This document shows positions 9,744 through 19,260 of a stretch of DNA of 64,000 bases, one piece after another (the first letter of the stretch is position 1; each line of letters starts with the position of its first letter). Origin of the DNA: Kofleriaceae bacterium (lineage in GTDB: Bacteria > Myxococcota_A > Polyangia > Haliangiales > Haliangiaceae); NCBI GenBank assembly GCA_965215005.1, contig CBDCCZ010000049.1, positions 185,848 through 249,847 of the forward strand, read 5' to 3'. A program made the position numbers and the translations under genes. The notes under the pieces are model-generated. The model ran no database searches. It had not been told where the DNA came from and saw only the letters and a list, made by a program, of their open reading frames with translations.

Positions 9744-11113
9744 GGCGTTCCCTCGTCTGCGGCCAGGCCTGGGATATCGCCCACCGAGCGGGAAAGCTCG
9801 GCGCGGCGTTGCCCAAACATCGCCAAGGAATCTTCGTAAGCCAACTCCAGCGAGCGCAGCGAGCGCTCCGCGTCGACCAGCGACTGAAAGCTCCCGCGCC
9901 CCGTCGCATAGGCGATGCGCGATGCTTCGATTTGTGCGCGCGCGGTGGGCAGGAGTCGCTCGCGGTAGAGCCGCAGCACCTCTTGCGCCTCGATGAGCGC
10001 CTGCCGGGCGCGCTCGACCTCCGCGCGAATCTGGGCTTCCGCCGCCTGTCGCTCTGCGCGTGACTGCGCTACGCGCGCCGTTGCCCCTTCGATTGCCGCG
10101 CGGGTCGCCCCCAGCTGGATCGGAACATTGAGCGAGGCGCCGACCATCCACTGATGCTCGGGCATCCGCCACATCGAGTTGTATGAGCCCATCACCGCCA
10201 CATCTGGGTAGTACTGCCGCTCCGCCAGCTCGACCGCCGAGCTTTGGCCGCGCAGCCGCGCCTCGCTTGCCTCGAGCTCAGGGCGCTGCTCGAGCGCGCG
10301 CGCTTGCAACACGCCGCTGTCGGGCAAATCGACAAGTTCCGGCTCGAGCGCTTGCGGCGGCGGTGGCAGCGACCGCTGGGGAGGGCGATGAAGCAGCTCG
10401 TTCATCTGCGCGCGAAGGACGTCGCGACGAGCCGTTAGCGCGACGCGTTGCCGCACGATATGGCCGAGCTCGAGCTCCGCTTGCAGCGGCTCCTGCTGCG
10501 ATACGGTGCCGGCCAAATATTGCGCCTCGGCGGCCGCTTTGAGATCGACGAGCAGAACCTCGTGCTCATCGCTCAGCACCAGTGCCCTGCCCACAGCATA
10601 GTACTGGTCGAACAGCAGCGAGGCCATCAGCGCCAGGCGCAGCCGCGTAGCGCGATAGCTAGCTTGCGCGGCCTCGGCTTCGGCGAGCGCTACCTGCCCT
10701 TGCAACTCGAGCTTGCCCGGCCATGGAAAGCGTTGGCTAACCGTCACGCTGTGGCCAAAATCGACGTCGTCGGAGGCAATCGAGAGGGGCGCAAAGGTGT
10801 ACTCCACCATCGGATCGGCCAGCGCCGTGGCCTGCGGAACTTGCGCGAGCGCTGCGCGCCATCCGTGACGTGCTGCCTCTATAGTTGGGTTGCGCTGCAG
10901 CACGGCTGCGACGAAGGCGGCCCTATCGAGATGCTCGAGCCGCTCGAGCTCCGCGAGGGCCGTCCCATCGTCTACGGCCGGCGGGCTCGCTGCGCCGAGC
11001 TGCGAGCGCATTTGCTCGTAGCGCGGCGTCGAGCCCGCACAACCAACACCAAGGAACACGATCCATAGCAACTGCGTTGGCACTCTCGTACCGACGCGAC
11101 GTTCGACTCTCAT
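9740..11113 (-). CDS. TolC/CusC-family outer-membrane efflux lipoprotein
   Basis: Lipobox-like LGVGC, SQRFPWPGK, RPELEA, YYPDVAV, YATGRGSFQSLVDAER; first structural gene of the cusCBA-like operon. Start approximate. Confidence 0.85.
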   Translation of the reverse strand: MRVERRVGTRVPTQLLWIVFLGVGCAGSTPRYEQMRSQLGAASPPAVDDGTALAELERLEHLDRAAFVAAVLQRNPTIEAARHGWRAALAQVPQATALADPMVEYTFAPLSIASDDVDFGHSVTVSQRFPWPGKLELQGQVALAEAEAAQASYRATRLRLALMASLLFDQYYAVGRALVLSDEHEVLLVDLKAAAEAQYLAGTVSQQEPLQAELELGHIVRQRVALTARRDVLRAQMNELLHRPPQRSLPPPPQALEPELVDLPDSGVLQARALEQRPELEASEARLRGQSSAVELAERQYYPDVAVMGSYNSMWRMPEHQWMVGASLNVPIQLGATRAAIEGATARVAQSRAERQAAEAQIRAEVERARQALIEAQEVLRLYRERLLPTARAQIEASRIAYATGRGSFQSLVDAERSLRSLELAYEDSLAMFGQRRAELSRSVGDIPGLAADEGTP

Positions 11114-11226
11114 TGATCTCTTCGCTCCTACGCGCGAGCCATCACAGAGCTGCGCGCGCAAGCGCAGCCCACTCCCAAGTCGCGGAAACTAATTTGTCCG
11201 CTCCTTGGCCTACGGCTGTGCAGAGC

Positions 11227-11637
11227 TCAGATCAGAAAGGTGCAGTGCTTGACGAACAACGGCAGCGCCGCAACCAAGGGCGGACCGCGCGCTCGGCGCG
11301 GCTGCGTCGCGTCGGCCATCACCAGCGGCTTCACCGTCGATGGCGTCGCCCACCACGTCATCCAAATCGGAGCGCTCTGGCGATGCACCTCGGCCAGTAG
11401 CGCCGGCGCGTGCTCGACGTTGCCCACGCGAAGTTCGCAGCAGCGCGGGGCCCGCTCGACGGAAGCCGCATCTGTTGGCGAGGAGTTATCCACGCAGCAG
11501 CACGAGCCGTGCACCTGGCCGTCCATGCGGCACGCGTAGCTCACGCTTGTCGCGACCGTGGAGGTCACGAGGATGACGAGCGCCATCACGGCGGGGAGCA
11601 AACGCACGGACATGAGCCTAGTGACATGTACCATCAA
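11227..11637 (-). CDS. Small secreted Cys-rich protein heading the metal-efflux operon
   Basis: Signal-like N-terminus, YACRM...SCCC...RCCE and C-terminal RARGPP...LFVKHCTFLI. Confidence 0.65.
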   Translation of the reverse strand: MMVHVTRLMSVRLLPAVMALVILVTSTVATSVSYACRMDGQVHGSCCCVDNSSPTDAASVERAPRCCELRVGNVEHAPALLAEVHRQSAPIWMTWWATPSTVKPLVMADATQPRRARGPPLVAALPLFVKHCTFLI

Positions 11638-11779
11638 AGCCTGCCCTCAGCCAGCCGCGGCTGCTGGTGGTGCACGGCGGCGCTTTCCTGCCACCCTTGC
11701 CACGGCGCGGGCAGCGCTGCGACTCCATGGGCGTCCTTGCCGGTGCCGCAGACGGCGTGGTTAACTGCGCGCTTCCGCC

Positions 11780-12556
11780 GTGATCGGTGCACGTTTCATC
11801 CAGTCGCTTGGCAGCGCCGCCCTCGCGACGACGCGTGACACCGGCGGCATCGCAGTGCTTCTCGGGCAGGTCCTGCGGTCGCTGATTCCGCCGCGTATGG
11901 ATCGCCGTGAGCTGGCTCGCAACCTTCACCGAATGGCGAATCGCTCGGTGCCGATCATCGCCCTCACCGCGTTTTTCGTCGGTGGCTTGATGGTCATCCA
12001 GGCCGGCATCTTCGTGAAGCGCTTCAACGCGGCCGCACTGGTCGGCTGGGCGGCGGGCTTCGCGGTGTTTCGCGAGGTCGGCCCAATTTTGATTGCGCTC
12101 ATGTTCTCGGGTCGGGTCGGCGCCAACAACACCGCTGAGCTTGCGACCATGACCGTTACCGAGCAGCTCGATGGCCTGCGCGCGTTGGCGATCGAGCCCA
12201 TTCAGTTTCTGATCGTTCCGCGGGTGGTCGCGATGGTGGTGGCGCTGTTTGCGCTCACCGTGTTCGGCGACCTAGTGGCGCTCGGTGGCGGATTGCTATT
12301 CTCCAAGCTGATCCTCGATGTCGAGCTGTCGACGTTCTACTTCAGCTTGGTGCAGAACCTAACGCCGTGGGACCTCCTGCACGGTCTCATCAAGTCAGCG
12401 GTGTTCGGCCTGTCGATCGCACTAACCAGCTGCTACTACGGCATCACGGTTCGGGGCGGCGCCGTCGGTGTGGGACGCGCGGTCAATGCGGCCGTGGTCG
12501 CCGCCGCAGTATCGATCATGCTCCTGGATTTCTTTCTCACCTATCTTCTCGGATGA
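11780..12556 (+). CDS. mlaE: MlaE-family ABC transporter permease (copy 1)
   Basis: [68 protein letters not shown]. Confidence 0.9.
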   Translation: MIGARFIQSLGSAALATTRDTGGIAVLLGQVLRSLIPPRMDRRELARNLHRMANRSVPIIALTAFFVGGLMVIQAGIFVKRFNAAALVGWAAGFAVFREVGPILIALMFSGRVGANNTAELATMTVTEQLDGLRALAIEPIQFLIVPRVVAMVVALFALTVFGDLVALGGGLLFSKLILDVELSTFYFSLVQNLTPWDLLHGLIKSAVFGLSIALTSCYYGITVRGGAVGVGRAVNAAVVAAAVSIMLLDFFLTYLLG

Positions 12557-13347
12557 GCGCGCGCGCCCATATCGAGCGCCTCGGCGGCGGTGCGATCGAC
12601 AAGGCGACGGCCGGCTGGGAGCTATGGCAGGTGCTATCGACGGCAGCGACGGGCGTGCTCCGCGGCGGTAGGCCCGCCGGCGAGGTCGCTCGCCAGATGC
12701 ATGTCATCGGCAACAAATCGCTGCTGTTCATCGCGGTGACGCTCGGCGCCATCGGCATGGTCATGATGTATCAGACCTGCCTGCAGATAAACCGCATCAC
12801 CGGAGACCTCACCCAAGTCGGGCCCGAGTTCTTCAAGCTCGTGGTGCATCAGTTCGCCCCCAGTCTCACGGCGCTAATGCTCGCCACCCGCGTTGGAGCC
12901 GGCATTGCTGCCGAAATCGGCTCCATGAAGGTGACTGAGCAGATCGATGCGCTGCGCATGTCGGGGGTGCGACCGATCGATTACCTGATCGTTCCGCGGC
13001 TGATCGCCAGCGTCGTGATGACGGTGACACTCACCATCGTGGGAGCCGCCATCACCTTCGCAGGTGCGGGAATCACCGCGTACTACTCGTACAACGTCAA
13101 CCCGTCGCTGTTCTTCGTGGTCGACAAGGTCGGCTGGGCACACCTGGCGCTGGGGCTCACCAAGGCCACCTGCTACGGCGTCGCGATTCCGATCATCAGC
13201 GGCTTCTGCGGGCTGCGCGCGCGCGGCAGCTCCGAAGGTGTTGGTTTGGCCACCACGTCGGCGGTCATTGGCTCTTCGTTCGCCATCATCTTCATCGATT
13301 TCTGTTTGTCGGCCGCCGCGCTTTTGCTGTTAGGGGATCGCCTTTGA
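12553..13347 (+). CDS. mlaE: MlaE-family ABC transporter permease (copy 2)
   Basis: [43 protein letters not shown] at 12553 overlaps the previous stop (ATGA). Confidence 0.9.
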   Translation: MSARAHIERLGGGAIDKATAGWELWQVLSTAATGVLRGGRPAGEVARQMHVIGNKSLLFIAVTLGAIGMVMMYQTCLQINRITGDLTQVGPEFFKLVVHQFAPSLTALMLATRVGAGIAAEIGSMKVTEQIDALRMSGVRPIDYLIVPRLIASVVMTVTLTIVGAAITFAGAGITAYYSYNVNPSLFFVVDKVGWAHLALGLTKATCYGVAIPIISGFCGLRARGSSEGVGLATTSAVIGSSFAIIFIDFCLSAAALLLLGDRL

Positions 13348-14099
13348 GCATCGAGTTTCGCGGCGTTCGCAAGGCGTTCGGTCCCAAAGAGGTGCTTCGC
13401 GGCATCGATTTGCGCATCGAAGACGGCGAGGTGATGTTCATCATCGGCACCTCAGGCGTCGGCAAGTCGGTAACCATCAAGCACCTCATCGGTTTGCTTC
13501 GCATCGATGCTGGTGAGCTTTGGCATGACGGTGTGCGCATCGATCAACTGCGCGAACGGCAGCTTTACGCGGTTCGAAGACGCATCGGAATGGTCTTCCA
13601 GAGCTCGACATTGTTCGACTCGATGACGCTGCGAGAGAACGTCGCGCTGCCGCTGCGCAAACACCAACGCATGCGCTATGACGCCGCGCTTGCAGAAGCG
13701 TCGAATCGATTGGCGCAAGTGAACATGGAAGCCTTCGCCGATCGCTACCCCGCCGAGCTCTCTGACGGAATGCGCAAGCGCGCTGCGATCGCCCGAACCC
13801 TCACGCTAGAGCCCGAAGTGGTGCTATTTGACGAGCCGACCACGGGGCTCGATCCGGTGAATGCACGCCGGATCGACCGCTTGATCCGCGAGCTCGCCGA
13901 GTCCCTTGGTGTCACCTGCATCGTGGTCTCCCACGACCTCGAGAGCATCTTCTCGATCGCCGATCGCATCGCCTTCATTTACCAGGGGCGGGTGCACGCG
14001 TGCGGCCGCCGCGACGAGCTCGCCGAGTCTACCGACCCGGTGGTGCAACAGTTCATCCGGGGGCGGTCAGACGGTCCCATGGAGACCCCGGGATTTTAG
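13344..14099 (+). CDS. mlaF: MlaF/Mkl-family ABC ATP-binding protein
   Basis: Walker A GTSGVGKS, signature variant LSDGMRKR, Walker B VLFDEPTTGLDP, H-loop VVSHD. Confidence 0.9.
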   Translation: MSIEFRGVRKAFGPKEVLRGIDLRIEDGEVMFIIGTSGVGKSVTIKHLIGLLRIDAGELWHDGVRIDQLRERQLYAVRRRIGMVFQSSTLFDSMTLRENVALPLRKHQRMRYDAALAEASNRLAQVNMEAFADRYPAELSDGMRKRAAIARTLTLEPEVVLFDEPTTGLDPVNARRIDRLIRELAESLGVTCIVVSHDLESIFSIADRIAFIYQGRVHACGRRDELAESTDPVVQQFIRGRSDGPMETPGF

Positions 14100-14115
14100 C
14101 GACAAGGAGTTGCGA

Positions 14116-15132
14116 ATGCGTGACCGTGGACTCGAGCTCAAAGTCGGCCTCCTCATTCTCACCGCGGCCGGAATTCTGGCCGCGCTGATCTTCGCGCTCG
14201 GCAATTTCTCGCTCGGGGACGGCTTCCACCTGTACGTGGACTACGACTTCTCCGGCAACATCCAACCCGGCGCACCGGTAAAGGTTTCCGGGATCAAAGT
14301 CGGCAAAGTCGAAGAGGTGCGCTTCCTCGGCGGCCAGCTCGACGAGAAGACCGGCGAGCGGGTGCAGGTTCGGCTCGAAGTATGGGTGGAGGAGCGGGTG
14401 CGGGGCAGCCTGCGAAGCGATGCCGAGTTTTTCATCAACACCGCAGGCGTACTCGGCGAGCAGTACCTCGAGATCGTGCCGGGCAGCTATGATGCGCCCC
14501 CGCTCGAGCCCGGTGCCGTGGTTCGCGGCGTCGATCCGCCGCGCACCGACCTCATCGTTTCGCGGCTCTACGACGTGCTCGACTCACTCTCACTGGTGCT
14601 CAAGGAAGATCGCGAGCTCATCCGCAACCTCATCGCCAACAGCGCCGGTGCCGTTGCCGAGCTCAACACCTTGCTCGTGGACAATCGGAAGCAGCTGGGC
14701 GAGCTCATCGCCGGGACCGGCAGCTTGGCCAAGGAAGCCAGCGTCACCCTCGGCAACGTCAACCGCGGAATCGGCGATCCGCGCGTCATCGCCAAGACCA
14801 TGCGCGATGCCGACGAGCTGCTGGTGACCGCCAATCGCTCGATTAGTGAGCTCACGCCGGAGGTGAAAGAGCTCGTCGGCGACGCCACGCGCGTCACTTC
14901 GATGCTCACGGAGGAGCGGGTCGACCGCGCACTCACCGTCGCGGATCGAGCGGCCGACGCGGCGGGTAAGGCCGGTGGACTGATCGACAACGTCGACGGC
15001 ATGGTCACCGAGCTACGCGCCGGCAAAGGCACCGCTGGCGCCCTGCTGGTGAGCGATGAGGTCTACGCCGACCTGCGCGAGATGATTCGCGACCTCAAGC
15101 GCAACCCTTGGAAGTTCTTCTGGAAGGAATGA
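14116..15132 (+). CDS. mlaD: MlaD/MCE-family protein (copy 1)
   Basis: ELKVGLLIL N-terminal TM, GAPVKVSGIKVGKV, GVLGEQYLEIVPG, helical tail ending DLKRNPWKFF; AAGGAG RBS before ATG 14116. Confidence 0.88.
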   Translation: MRDRGLELKVGLLILTAAGILAALIFALGNFSLGDGFHLYVDYDFSGNIQPGAPVKVSGIKVGKVEEVRFLGGQLDEKTGERVQVRLEVWVEERVRGSLRSDAEFFINTAGVLGEQYLEIVPGSYDAPPLEPGAVVRGVDPPRTDLIVSRLYDVLDSLSLVLKEDRELIRNLIANSAGAVAELNTLLVDNRKQLGELIAGTGSLAKEASVTLGNVNRGIGDPRVIAKTMRDADELLVTANRSISELTPEVKELVGDATRVTSMLTEERVDRALTVADRAADAAGKAGGLIDNVDGMVTELRAGKGTAGALLVSDEVYADLREMIRDLKRNPWKFFWKE

Positions 15133-15139
15133 GGGGTCG

Positions 15140-16189
15140 ATGAGCTTAGCGGTGTGGGATGAGCGGCTTGGTCAACGCGTTGGAGCCGCGTTGCTCGTCG
15201 CGATTGGCCTCGCTGGCGGCGCCGTGGTCGTGACCGATGGCTGTCGGCTGCGGCCCTCGTATCGCGCAACGGTGTTTTTTGAGCACACCCCGCTCGTGGA
15301 AGACAGCGAGGTGCAGGTGGCCGGGCGAGTGGTCGGCTGGGTAGAAGGGATTCGACTGATCTCGCCACGGACGGCCACAGGCGACCATCCGTTAGCACCC
15401 ACTGGCGGCGTCGCCGTCGACCTGCGCATCGAGCGCCGATATCGCGCCATGCTCGCTGCCAATGGCGACTATTTCATCAACGCCAAAGGGCTGCTCGGCA
15501 AGCCCTACCTCGAGGCAGGCCCGCCACCCGACGACGCCGCCTGGGCAGGATTATTGGCTCCCGACTCTCACCTGCGCGGCATCGATCCGCCCACCGTCGA
15601 TCGCGTGCTCAACCGCAGCTACGAGAATTTGGTCAATGCCGCGGTGTTTTTGACAGTGGTGCGGCCACCCGCGCGAGCGCTGCGCGACGAGGTGCTGCAG
15701 CTGGCGGATACGCTAGAGAGCCTCGAGCCCGGGTCCGGCGTGTTTGCCGAAACAGCCGCGTCGTTTCGCGCCCCGGTCGCCGAAGCGAGCGCGCTGCGCG
15801 GCGTGCTCGATGCCGCCGACGTGGACAGCGCGCGCCTCCGCGACCTAGTTGGTCGGGCGCGGCAGCTTGCGAGCCGCGGTAATCAGGCGCTGGCGGAGCT
15901 TCGCGCTAGGGTCGCGGAGCTGCAGCAGAACTTGACGACCATCGAGTCAAAGCTACCGGCGGCGGCCCTGACGCGAGCGCGGCAGTCCCTTGCGGGGCTC
16001 GATGAGCAGCTCACGCGGCTGCAGCGCATCGCGGCCACTGCCAAAGAGCTCGCGGCCATGGTCGAGGCCGGAGAAGGAACGGTCGGTGCCCTGCTTCACG
16101 ACCCGGAGTTCTCCGACGACACCAAAGCGCTGGGTAAATACATCAAGCGCCATCCGTGGACGCTGCTCGGGCTCCGTCGCAACGATTGA
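15140..16189 (+). CDS. MlaD/MCE-family protein (copy 2, divergent)
   Basis: VQVAGRVVGWV, GLLGKPYLE, GEGTVGALL, IKRHPWTLL parallel the motifs of copy 1. Confidence 0.8.
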   Translation: MSLAVWDERLGQRVGAALLVAIGLAGGAVVVTDGCRLRPSYRATVFFEHTPLVEDSEVQVAGRVVGWVEGIRLISPRTATGDHPLAPTGGVAVDLRIERRYRAMLAANGDYFINAKGLLGKPYLEAGPPPDDAAWAGLLAPDSHLRGIDPPTVDRVLNRSYENLVNAAVFLTVVRPPARALRDEVLQLADTLESLEPGSGVFAETAASFRAPVAEASALRGVLDAADVDSARLRDLVGRARQLASRGNQALAELRARVAELQQNLTTIESKLPAAALTRARQSLAGLDEQLTRLQRIAATAKELAAMVEAGEGTVGALLHDPEFSDDTKALGKYIKRHPWTLLGLRRND

Positions 16190-16251
16190 GCTGTCGTCGT
16201 CGCCGGCGCCGGTGCGCCAAGCACAAGGGACAGCGCGCGCTCGCGAGTGGC

Positions 16252-16632
16252 TCACAAGGAGCCGAGCGGCATCGGTTCGGGCGCGGCATCCGGCATCGGC
16301 GCGGCATCCGGCATTGGCGCAGCATCCGGCATCGGCGCGGCATCCGGCATCGGCGCGGCATCCGGCATTGGCGCAGCATCCGGCGTGGGCGCGGGCGCGG
16401 CATCGGGCGCTCGGCTCGCCGCGTCGACGTCGAGTCCCGCAGCGTCCACGATGGCTGCGCCGCCGGACTGGCTGCCGGAACAAACCGCTGGCGACTGGCC
16501 AACATCGCAAGTGAGACCGGCCGCGCATTCGGAGGTGCCGTAGCACTCTTGCCCCGCCGCTTTCAAAGCATCGCCTGCGCATGCAGCCGATGCCAACAAC
16601 ACAGCCGCAGCGACCCAATGCACACCCGTCAT
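16252..16632 (-). CDS. Small Cys-containing lipoprotein with PDAAPM tandem repeats
   Basis: Lipobox SAAC, C-x5-C-x5-C module (CYGTSECAAGLTC), then PDAAP(M) repeats. Confidence 0.6.
   Translation of the reverse strand: MTGVHWVAAAVLLASAACAGDALKAAGQECYGTSECAAGLTCDVGQSPAVCSGSQSGGAAIVDAAGLDVDAASRAPDAAPAPTPDAAPMPDAAPMPDAAPMPDAAPMPDAAPMPDAAPEPMPLGSL
16279..16405. repeat. 18-bp tandem repeat (ggcgcggcatccggcatc-like), about 6 copies, coding PDAAPM
   Basis: Directly visible at 16279-16385 with a degenerate copy to ~16405. Confidence 0.9.
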
Positions 16633-16873
16633 CGCATTCACTGTAGCGCAGCGAACCTCGCTACCCAACGCCGCTTTTGCCGGCGCACCGTCACGACATC
16701 CGCTCCGCCGCACGCACCTTCGCCCTCATGCCTTACCGTGATCTGGAGCTCGGAAGCGCCCGAATGGCGAGACGCGCATTCGGGCGCCTAGTGACGCTGC
16801 GCAGCCGATGCGCAACATCGCCAGCCGGAGGGCAAAGGGCGTTAACAACGGGCCATCGAGTGCGCGCAGCGCG

Positions 16874-18658
16874 CTAACGGAACACGAACGGATAGGTAAA
16901 CGAGCGGCCTTGTTGAGTCTTGGGAAAGCTCGCCCGCTTCACCGCAGAGGCCACGCAGCCACCGAGCGACGGACTCGGGCTCGACTGCACGTCGACATTG
17001 TCGACGCGACCGTTGCCGCCTACCTTGATCGACAGCTTCACCTGCCCTTTGCCATCGTGCTTGTCGCCGCACGAGCCGACTGCTCCGCGGACCTTGTTCA
17101 TGCCGTTGGTGATGTCGTTGCGGCTCAGGGTTTCGGGCAAGTCTGCATTGCCGCTGCTCTTGGAGCCGCCGCTCGACTTGCTACCGCCACCGCTCGAGCT
17201 CGCGCCTTTGTACTTCGAGCAGCACGCGGGCGGATTGTCGGCGAGCAGGCAACCAACCTCATCGAGGCACTTGCCACTTCCGCCAGAGGCTTGCGCTGGC
17301 TTGCTCTCTTCGGGTTTCTCATCGCGCGCGCTCTTGCTGGGCTCCGGGCTGCGATCTCGCGACCGATCGCGCTTGGAGTCGCGCTTGCTCTCGCGACGCG
17401 AATCCTCGTTGCGGTCCGGTTCGGCAGCCGCGACCGCGGCCTCCTCGGGCGGCTCAGCCGGTTCAGGTTCCTCGTCCTCAAGCTCCGCCGCCTCGGCCGG
17501 CACCACGGCGGCGGCACCGGCCGCAGGCTCGACCTCCACAGGCGCGGCCGGATCGGCAGCAGCAACCACGGGGGCGTTGTCGTTGTCGCCGCCTTTGACC
17601 ACAACCACCACCAGCAGCGCAGCGGCGATCACCAACACCCCAATCACCCCGAGCAGTGCGTACAGGGTTTTGTTCGCCCCGCTGGTCGCGCTGGTCGGCA
17701 GTAACACCGCCGCTGGCTGCTCGAACGACGAGCCGCCAAACACGGGCAAATCATCGCCACCACCGACCTCCGCCGCCGTGCCGACGCCTTTTTTGTCGTC
17801 GAGATAGGCGTTGGCCATGGAGCGGATGTCGATGAGACCGGAGCCTTCGGTGGCCGCAGGTCCGGACGCTTGCGGCCCTGCCCCCATCGACGCTGACGGC
17901 GTGGGCATTGCTGCCGAGGAGGCCGACGCCGCCTTGGGCGACTCGCTAGCGAGCGCCGCGAGGTTGTTGAGCGAGAACAAGACCGAGTTCTCGTTGCGCT
18001 GTCCGCGCAAGCGGTGCTCCGCTTCGATGCTCAGCGAATCCCCGGCGCCGCCGGCCGCATGCATCGGATCGGACACGGCGCCGCCCGCCCCCAGACCGCC
18101 GCCACCGAAGAGCTCGTTGCCGGCATCGTCCGCGGGCTCGGCGGCCGCCGCAAATAGGTCCGCCGGGTCGCTTTGGGCGGTGGCATCGTCGACCGCCGGT
18201 CCGCCGAACATGCCCGCCACCGCATCATCTTGAGCCGCCGGAGCTCCAGCGCCGGACCCCAAGTCGCGAAACGGCTCGATGCTGCTCAGTGCCGCCCAAT
18301 CGGCGAACCCTTCGCGCCAAATGTAGGTATCGGCGTCGATCTCGCCGCGCGCGAACCGGGCGCGAACTTCGGCATCGGTCATCGGGCCAACCTGCTCCTG
18401 ATCGATGACCAGGTGCCACGCCGGCTCGTCCCCGCTCACCGGTGGCTGCTCGCCCTCGTAACCGCCGTAGTCGAAGACGCGGGTTTCTTTGCCCTCGACT
18501 TGCGGCGCCGGCTCTTGCGCATGAGGTTCGTCGCTCGCGTTGCCGCGAACCACGATGATGTTGCTGCATTTCTTACAGCGGATCTTGAAGACCTTGCCGC
18601 GGACCTTCTCGTCGGCAATCGAGTACTTCGCGCCACAGGCGTCGCAGACGATTTTCAT
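16874..18658 (-). CDS. gltJ: GltJ/AgmX-like gliding-motility protein (zinc ribbon + GYF-like + TM + TonB-C-like domain)
   Basis: MKIVCDACGAKYSIADEKVRGKVFKIRCKKC, WHLVIDQEQVGPM...YIWREGFADW, RNENSVLFSL, GSGLIDIR, TM helix, C-terminal CVASAVKRASFPK...FTYPFVF. Confidence 0.75.
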   Translation of the reverse strand: MKIVCDACGAKYSIADEKVRGKVFKIRCKKCSNIIVVRGNASDEPHAQEPAPQVEGKETRVFDYGGYEGEQPPVSGDEPAWHLVIDQEQVGPMTDAEVRARFARGEIDADTYIWREGFADWAALSSIEPFRDLGSGAGAPAAQDDAVAGMFGGPAVDDATAQSDPADLFAAAAEPADDAGNELFGGGGLGAGGAVSDPMHAAGGAGDSLSIEAEHRLRGQRNENSVLFSLNNLAALASESPKAASASSAAMPTPSASMGAGPQASGPAATEGSGLIDIRSMANAYLDDKKGVGTAAEVGGGDDLPVFGGSSFEQPAAVLLPTSATSGANKTLYALLGVIGVLVIAAALLVVVVVKGGDNDNAPVVAAADPAAPVEVEPAAGAAAVVPAEAAELEDEEPEPAEPPEEAAVAAAEPDRNEDSRRESKRDSKRDRSRDRSPEPSKSARDEKPEESKPAQASGGSGKCLDEVGCLLADNPPACCSKYKGASSSGGGSKSSGGSKSSGNADLPETLSRNDITNGMNKVRGAVGSCGDKHDGKGQVKLSIKVGGNGRVDNVDVQSSPSPSLGGCVASAVKRASFPKTQQGRSFTYPFVFR

Positions 18659-18838
18659 TGGCGTTCCTTGATTCCCCCTGGTCGGGGCGCTCGCGCCCCA
18701 ACCGACGCGAGTATAAAAACGATAGTCATTCTGTTCAACTAGCCCTTAGAACCCAGAAGCGACTCCAGGCTTGGCTTTTTTTTGCTCCCGAATGCTCCAC
18801 CGACCCAAACGCCCCGCATGTGGTCTAAAATCCGACCC

Positions 18839-19198
18839 ATGACCGAGCCGAAAACCCACCGCGGCAGCTGCCACTGCGGCCGCATGACGTTCGAGACCAG
18901 CGCCGACCTGAGCACCGGGCTGATCTCCTGCAACTGTTCCATTTGCGCCCGCACGGGCGCCATCATGGCGTTCTTGCCCACCGACCAGATCACCCTCGGC
19001 GCCGAAGACGAAATCACCGATTACCAGTTCGGCAAGAAGGCGATCCACCACTTGTTTTGCTCGGTATGTGGCGTGCGCGCGTACGGCCGCGGCACCGCTC
19101 CCGACGGTACCACGATGTACATGATCAACCTGCGCTGCATCGATGAGCTCGATCACCAAGCACTGGAAGTCACCCGCTACGACGGCCGCTCGCTCTAG
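18839..19198 (+). CDS. GFA / CENP-V family Zn-binding protein
   Basis: GSCHCG, CNCSIC, HLFCSVCGV, INLRCID, YDGRSL. Confidence 0.9.
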   Translation: MTEPKTHRGSCHCGRMTFETSADLSTGLISCNCSICARTGAIMAFLPTDQITLGAEDEITDYQFGKKAIHHLFCSVCGVRAYGRGTAPDGTTMYMINLRCIDELDHQALEVTRYDGRSL

Positions 19199-19211
19199 CG
19201 CCAGAAATCCG

Positions 19212-19253
19212 GCTCGGGTGCTAGGGCCAGAATCCTGGCTTCGGCACCCGGGC
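19212..19253. terminator. GC-rich hairpin between convergent GFA and purA genes
   Basis: gctcgggtgc...ggccag-aatc-ctggct...gcacccgggc forms a long stem; no U-tract. Confidence 0.5.
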
Positions 19254-19260
19254 GCGCGGC

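Noticed and set aside
7890..10172. 760-aa extended CusB as given in the ORF track
   Set aside because: The first ~143 codons overlap the TolC gene out of frame; ATG 9743 coupled to the TolC stop is the better start.
18770..18785. T-tract after ggcttggc as an intrinsic terminator
   Set aside because: Only a weak stem precedes it and it lies in a divergent promoter region.
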